A stretch of 64,000 nucleotides of DNA from Cohaesibacter sp. (GTDB lineage: Bacteria > Pseudomonadota > Alphaproteobacteria > Rhizobiales > Cohaesibacteraceae). Made by a program: the position numbers and the translations under genes. The DNA lies in assembly GCA_025800145.1 (NCBI GenBank), contig JAOXSH010000004.1, forward strand, positions 3,726 to 67,725, given 5' to 3'. Below, one piece after another: positions 61,797-64,000 of this stretch. The notes below the pieces were generated by a model. That model was not told where the DNA came from. It made no database searches and worked only from the letters and a program-made list of their open reading frames with translations. Each line of letters opens with the position of its first letter. The stretch's first letter is position 1.

Positions 61797-62222
61797 TTAT
61801 TTCACGGTAATCGTGATCCGCTCAGACATAACGGGCGGATTATGCGGCACATGAGACCAATCCCCCAAAACCAGCTGCAAAACATGTTTGCCGGGTTTTA
61901 ATTCGATCAACGCTTCGGTCTGTCCGCCACCAAAATGCCGATGCTGCTCATCGCTATCAATGGCATAATCCAGCTCTTCTCCTTCAATGGCTTCATCAAT
62001 GATCAAATGATGATGACCGGTATTTTCAGGCCCCTCCACACCCGCAGGAGAAATGCCCATACCTGACAGGCCAAACTGCATGAAAACCGGTGATGTCACC
62101 ACATCCCCATCTTTCAGATTGACGAAATATACCTTGGCATTGGGAGCAGACGGCGTCTCCCCTGCTTGTACGCCAACCACAGACGCCAAAACAAAAGCTG
62201 CGCCCACCAATAGATTCTTCAT
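61797..62222 (-). CDS. DUF4399-family exported protein
   Basis: Signal peptide; GHHHLIID, HFGGGQTE, LKPGKHVLQL..GD..H.PH; start ATG 62222. Confidence 0.85.
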   Translation of the reverse strand: MKNLLVGAAFVLASVVGVQAGETPSAPNAKVYFVNLKDGDVVTSPVFMQFGLSGMGISPAGVEGPENTGHHHLIIDEAIEGEELDYAIDSDEQHRHFGGGQTEALIELKPGKHVLQLVLGDWSHVPHNPPVMSERITITVK

Positions 62223-62438
62223 ATAACTCTCCCAAAAAGAATAGATCAAGAAAGAAAAGGTGGGCCTCATCCTCAAAAAACACGGTCCTCTGGTCAAAGG
62301 CCCACCAATAGAAGCAGCCCTGGATCTCTGCTTCTATATGAACAGGATAGACTATAGGCTGTTACAAGACAGCAATACTACCCAAAGCAAGCCCCACCCT
62401 CTTGGGCGAATAATGACAAAAGGCTTTCATAAGATCCA

Positions 62439-62475
62439 ATATTATGTTTTTCTTGTTTTGATAAATTTTCCTTAT
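62439..62475. promoter_or_regulatory. Degenerate OxyR-type operator
   Basis: ATAT-N7-TTCT-N7-ATAA-N7-TTAT versus consensus ATAG-N7-CTAT-N7-ATAG-N7-CTAT, just upstream of oxyR. Confidence 0.4.
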
Positions 62476-62487
62476 TGCGAGATCCTG

Positions 62488-63363
62488 ATGCTTACCTTGC
62501 GCCAACTCAGTTATTTTGACGCCCTTGCCAAAGAGCAACATTTTGGCCGTGCTGCAGAGCGCGTCGCCGTCTCACAACCCGCCCTCTCTGTTCAGATACG
62601 GGAATTGGAAACCCATTTGGGCCTGCAATTGGTGGAACGCTTTTCCGGCGGCGCAAGATTGACCGAAGCTGGCAAGGATGTGTTGGAAAAAAGCCGTCAA
62701 ATCCTGCTGGCCGTGCAGGAGTTGGAAACATTTGGTCAAACCAGACAAGGCCCCCTCAATGGCCCGTTCAGATTGGGTGTCATTCCCTCAATCGGCCCTT
62801 ACCTGTTGCCCGATATGCTGCCACGCTTGCGCACCCATTATCCCCATCTGGAATTGATCTTGCGAGAAAGCCGCACCACCAACCTGATCAGCGAATTGTC
62901 CCAAGGCCATCTGGATGCAGCCATTCTGGCGCTGCCACTCGAAGAGGACAATCTAAAGACACAGGCCCTGTTTGAAGACCCCTTTTACCTTGCAACCCCA
63001 AAACAACCAGATGCTCCTGCCGCCATCTCTGCCACCGCCATTCCCATGGATGATTTATTGTTGCTGGAAGAAGGCCATTGCCTGCGCGATCAGGCCTTGC
63101 AGGCTTGCAGCATTGCCACCAATCCCTTGATGAAAAGCTTTGGCGCGTCCAGTTTAACCACCCTCATCCAGCTGATTACCAATGGCTATGCAAGCACGCT
63201 CTTGCCGCAAATGTGCATTGAAAAGGAAGCCGGGCTTGATCATATCAGCCTGATCCCCTTTCTCGATCCTGCCCCCAGCCGCACCATTGGCCTTGCATGG
63301 CGCAAAAGCGCCCCAACAGAGCAGGATTTCACAGCATTGGCCAATATCATCAAAAATAGATAA
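62488..63363 (+). CDS. oxyR: LysR-family hydrogen peroxide sensor
   Basis: HFGRAAERVAVSQPALS HTH; GHCLRDQALQAC with both redox cysteines; SLTTLIQL. Confidence 0.85.
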   Translation: MLTLRQLSYFDALAKEQHFGRAAERVAVSQPALSVQIRELETHLGLQLVERFSGGARLTEAGKDVLEKSRQILLAVQELETFGQTRQGPLNGPFRLGVIPSIGPYLLPDMLPRLRTHYPHLELILRESRTTNLISELSQGHLDAAILALPLEEDNLKTQALFEDPFYLATPKQPDAPAAISATAIPMDDLLLLEEGHCLRDQALQACSIATNPLMKSFGASSLTTLIQLITNGYASTLLPQMCIEKEAGLDHISLIPFLDPAPSRTIGLAWRKSAPTEQDFTALANIIKNR

Positions 63364-63582
63364 ACAGCATGGTTTTCATAATCCTGTCATCTTAAACCCA
63401 TAAGGGCTTATCCCAATTAACGACCATGACGCAAATGCCCGCATTTGAGGCAATCTAAGGCTTTTCAAATCAGGCACAATAGTATAGAGCTTGCGCCAAT
63501 TCCAAACAAAAGCGGGTCGAACACAGTTCCCCGGTAGCAACCGGGCGTTTTCATGCGCCCTATCATGAAGAGATCAGACCTC

Positions 63583-64000
63583 ATGAATTTGCGTAACATC
63601 GCGATCATTGCCCATGTTGACCATGGCAAGACCACTCTTATTGACGAATTGCTCAAAGCCTCTGGTATGTTCCGTGAAAACCAGCAGACTGAAGAACGCA
63701 TGATGGATAGCAACGATATCGAGCGCGAGCGCGGTATCACCATTCTAGCCAAAGTCACCTCACTGGAACATAACGACACCCGCATCAATATCGTGGACAC
63801 ACCGGGCCATGCCGATTTCGGCGGCGAGGTTGAGCGTATTTTGCATATGGTTGACGGTGTGATCGTGTTGGTCGACGCAGCCGAAGGCCCGATGCCACAA
63901 ACAAAATTCGTGGTCTCCAAAGCTCTCAAGCTTGGCCTGCGCCCGATTGTTGCCATCAACAAGATCGACAAGCCTGAGCAACGCGCCGATGAAGTGCTGG
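63583..64000 (+). CDS. typA: Translational GTPase TypA/BipA, N-terminal part (runs off window)
   Basis: [44 protein letters not shown]. Confidence 0.97.
   Translation, partial: MNLRNIAIIAHVDHGKTTLIDELLKASGMFRENQQTEERMMDSNDIERERGITILAKVTSLEHNDTRINIVDTPGHADFGGEVERILHMVDGVIVLVDAAEGPMPQTKFVVSKALKLGLRPIVAINKIDKPEQRADEVL

Overview
Core-genome window of an alphaproteobacterium (Hyphomicrobiales/Rhizobiales-like gene order, roughly 50% GC by eye; genus not determinable here). No tRNA, rRNA, CRISPR, prophage or transposase was seen. Gene content, left to right: (1) TCA cluster on the minus strand (zapE-mdh-sucCD-sucA-sucB partial), two tandem Omp19/Inh-like lipoproteins, a degenerate ArsC-like protein and sdhCDAB; (2) ethylmalonyl-CoA-pathway-like genes (mcl2-like, DUF1737, mch) split by a GDPD gene; (3) an FAD oxidoreductase-HIT-pyridoxal kinase-dehydratase operon; (4) an iota-class carbonic anhydrase homolog, asd, argC, leuD, leuB and a large NAD-GDH; (5) aminotransferase-ftsK-lolA-xth-rsmB-heparinase-purH; (6) SDR, quinone reductase, TrmH, IalB, rlmN; (7) a DctBD plus sigma54-driven TRAP transporter; (8) a secreted Lys-rich protein, an LpxF-like PAP2, argG, DUF1643, DUF4399/oxyR and typA (partial). 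The best signals are non-coding or too short for the ORF track. The first is a 16-codon Thr-rich leader peptide (MTAGLLKRTTTTITKV) with competing hairpins upstream of asd. There is also a CTAG-bounded double-hairpin repeat family whose three copies each overlap a TAG stop codon, and a separate 147-bp MITE-like element behind sdhB. Candidate operators include a perfect CtrA box before the ftsK operon and LiuR-like palindromes before mdh and the SDR. Family assignments come from motif recognition and memory, not from database searches.
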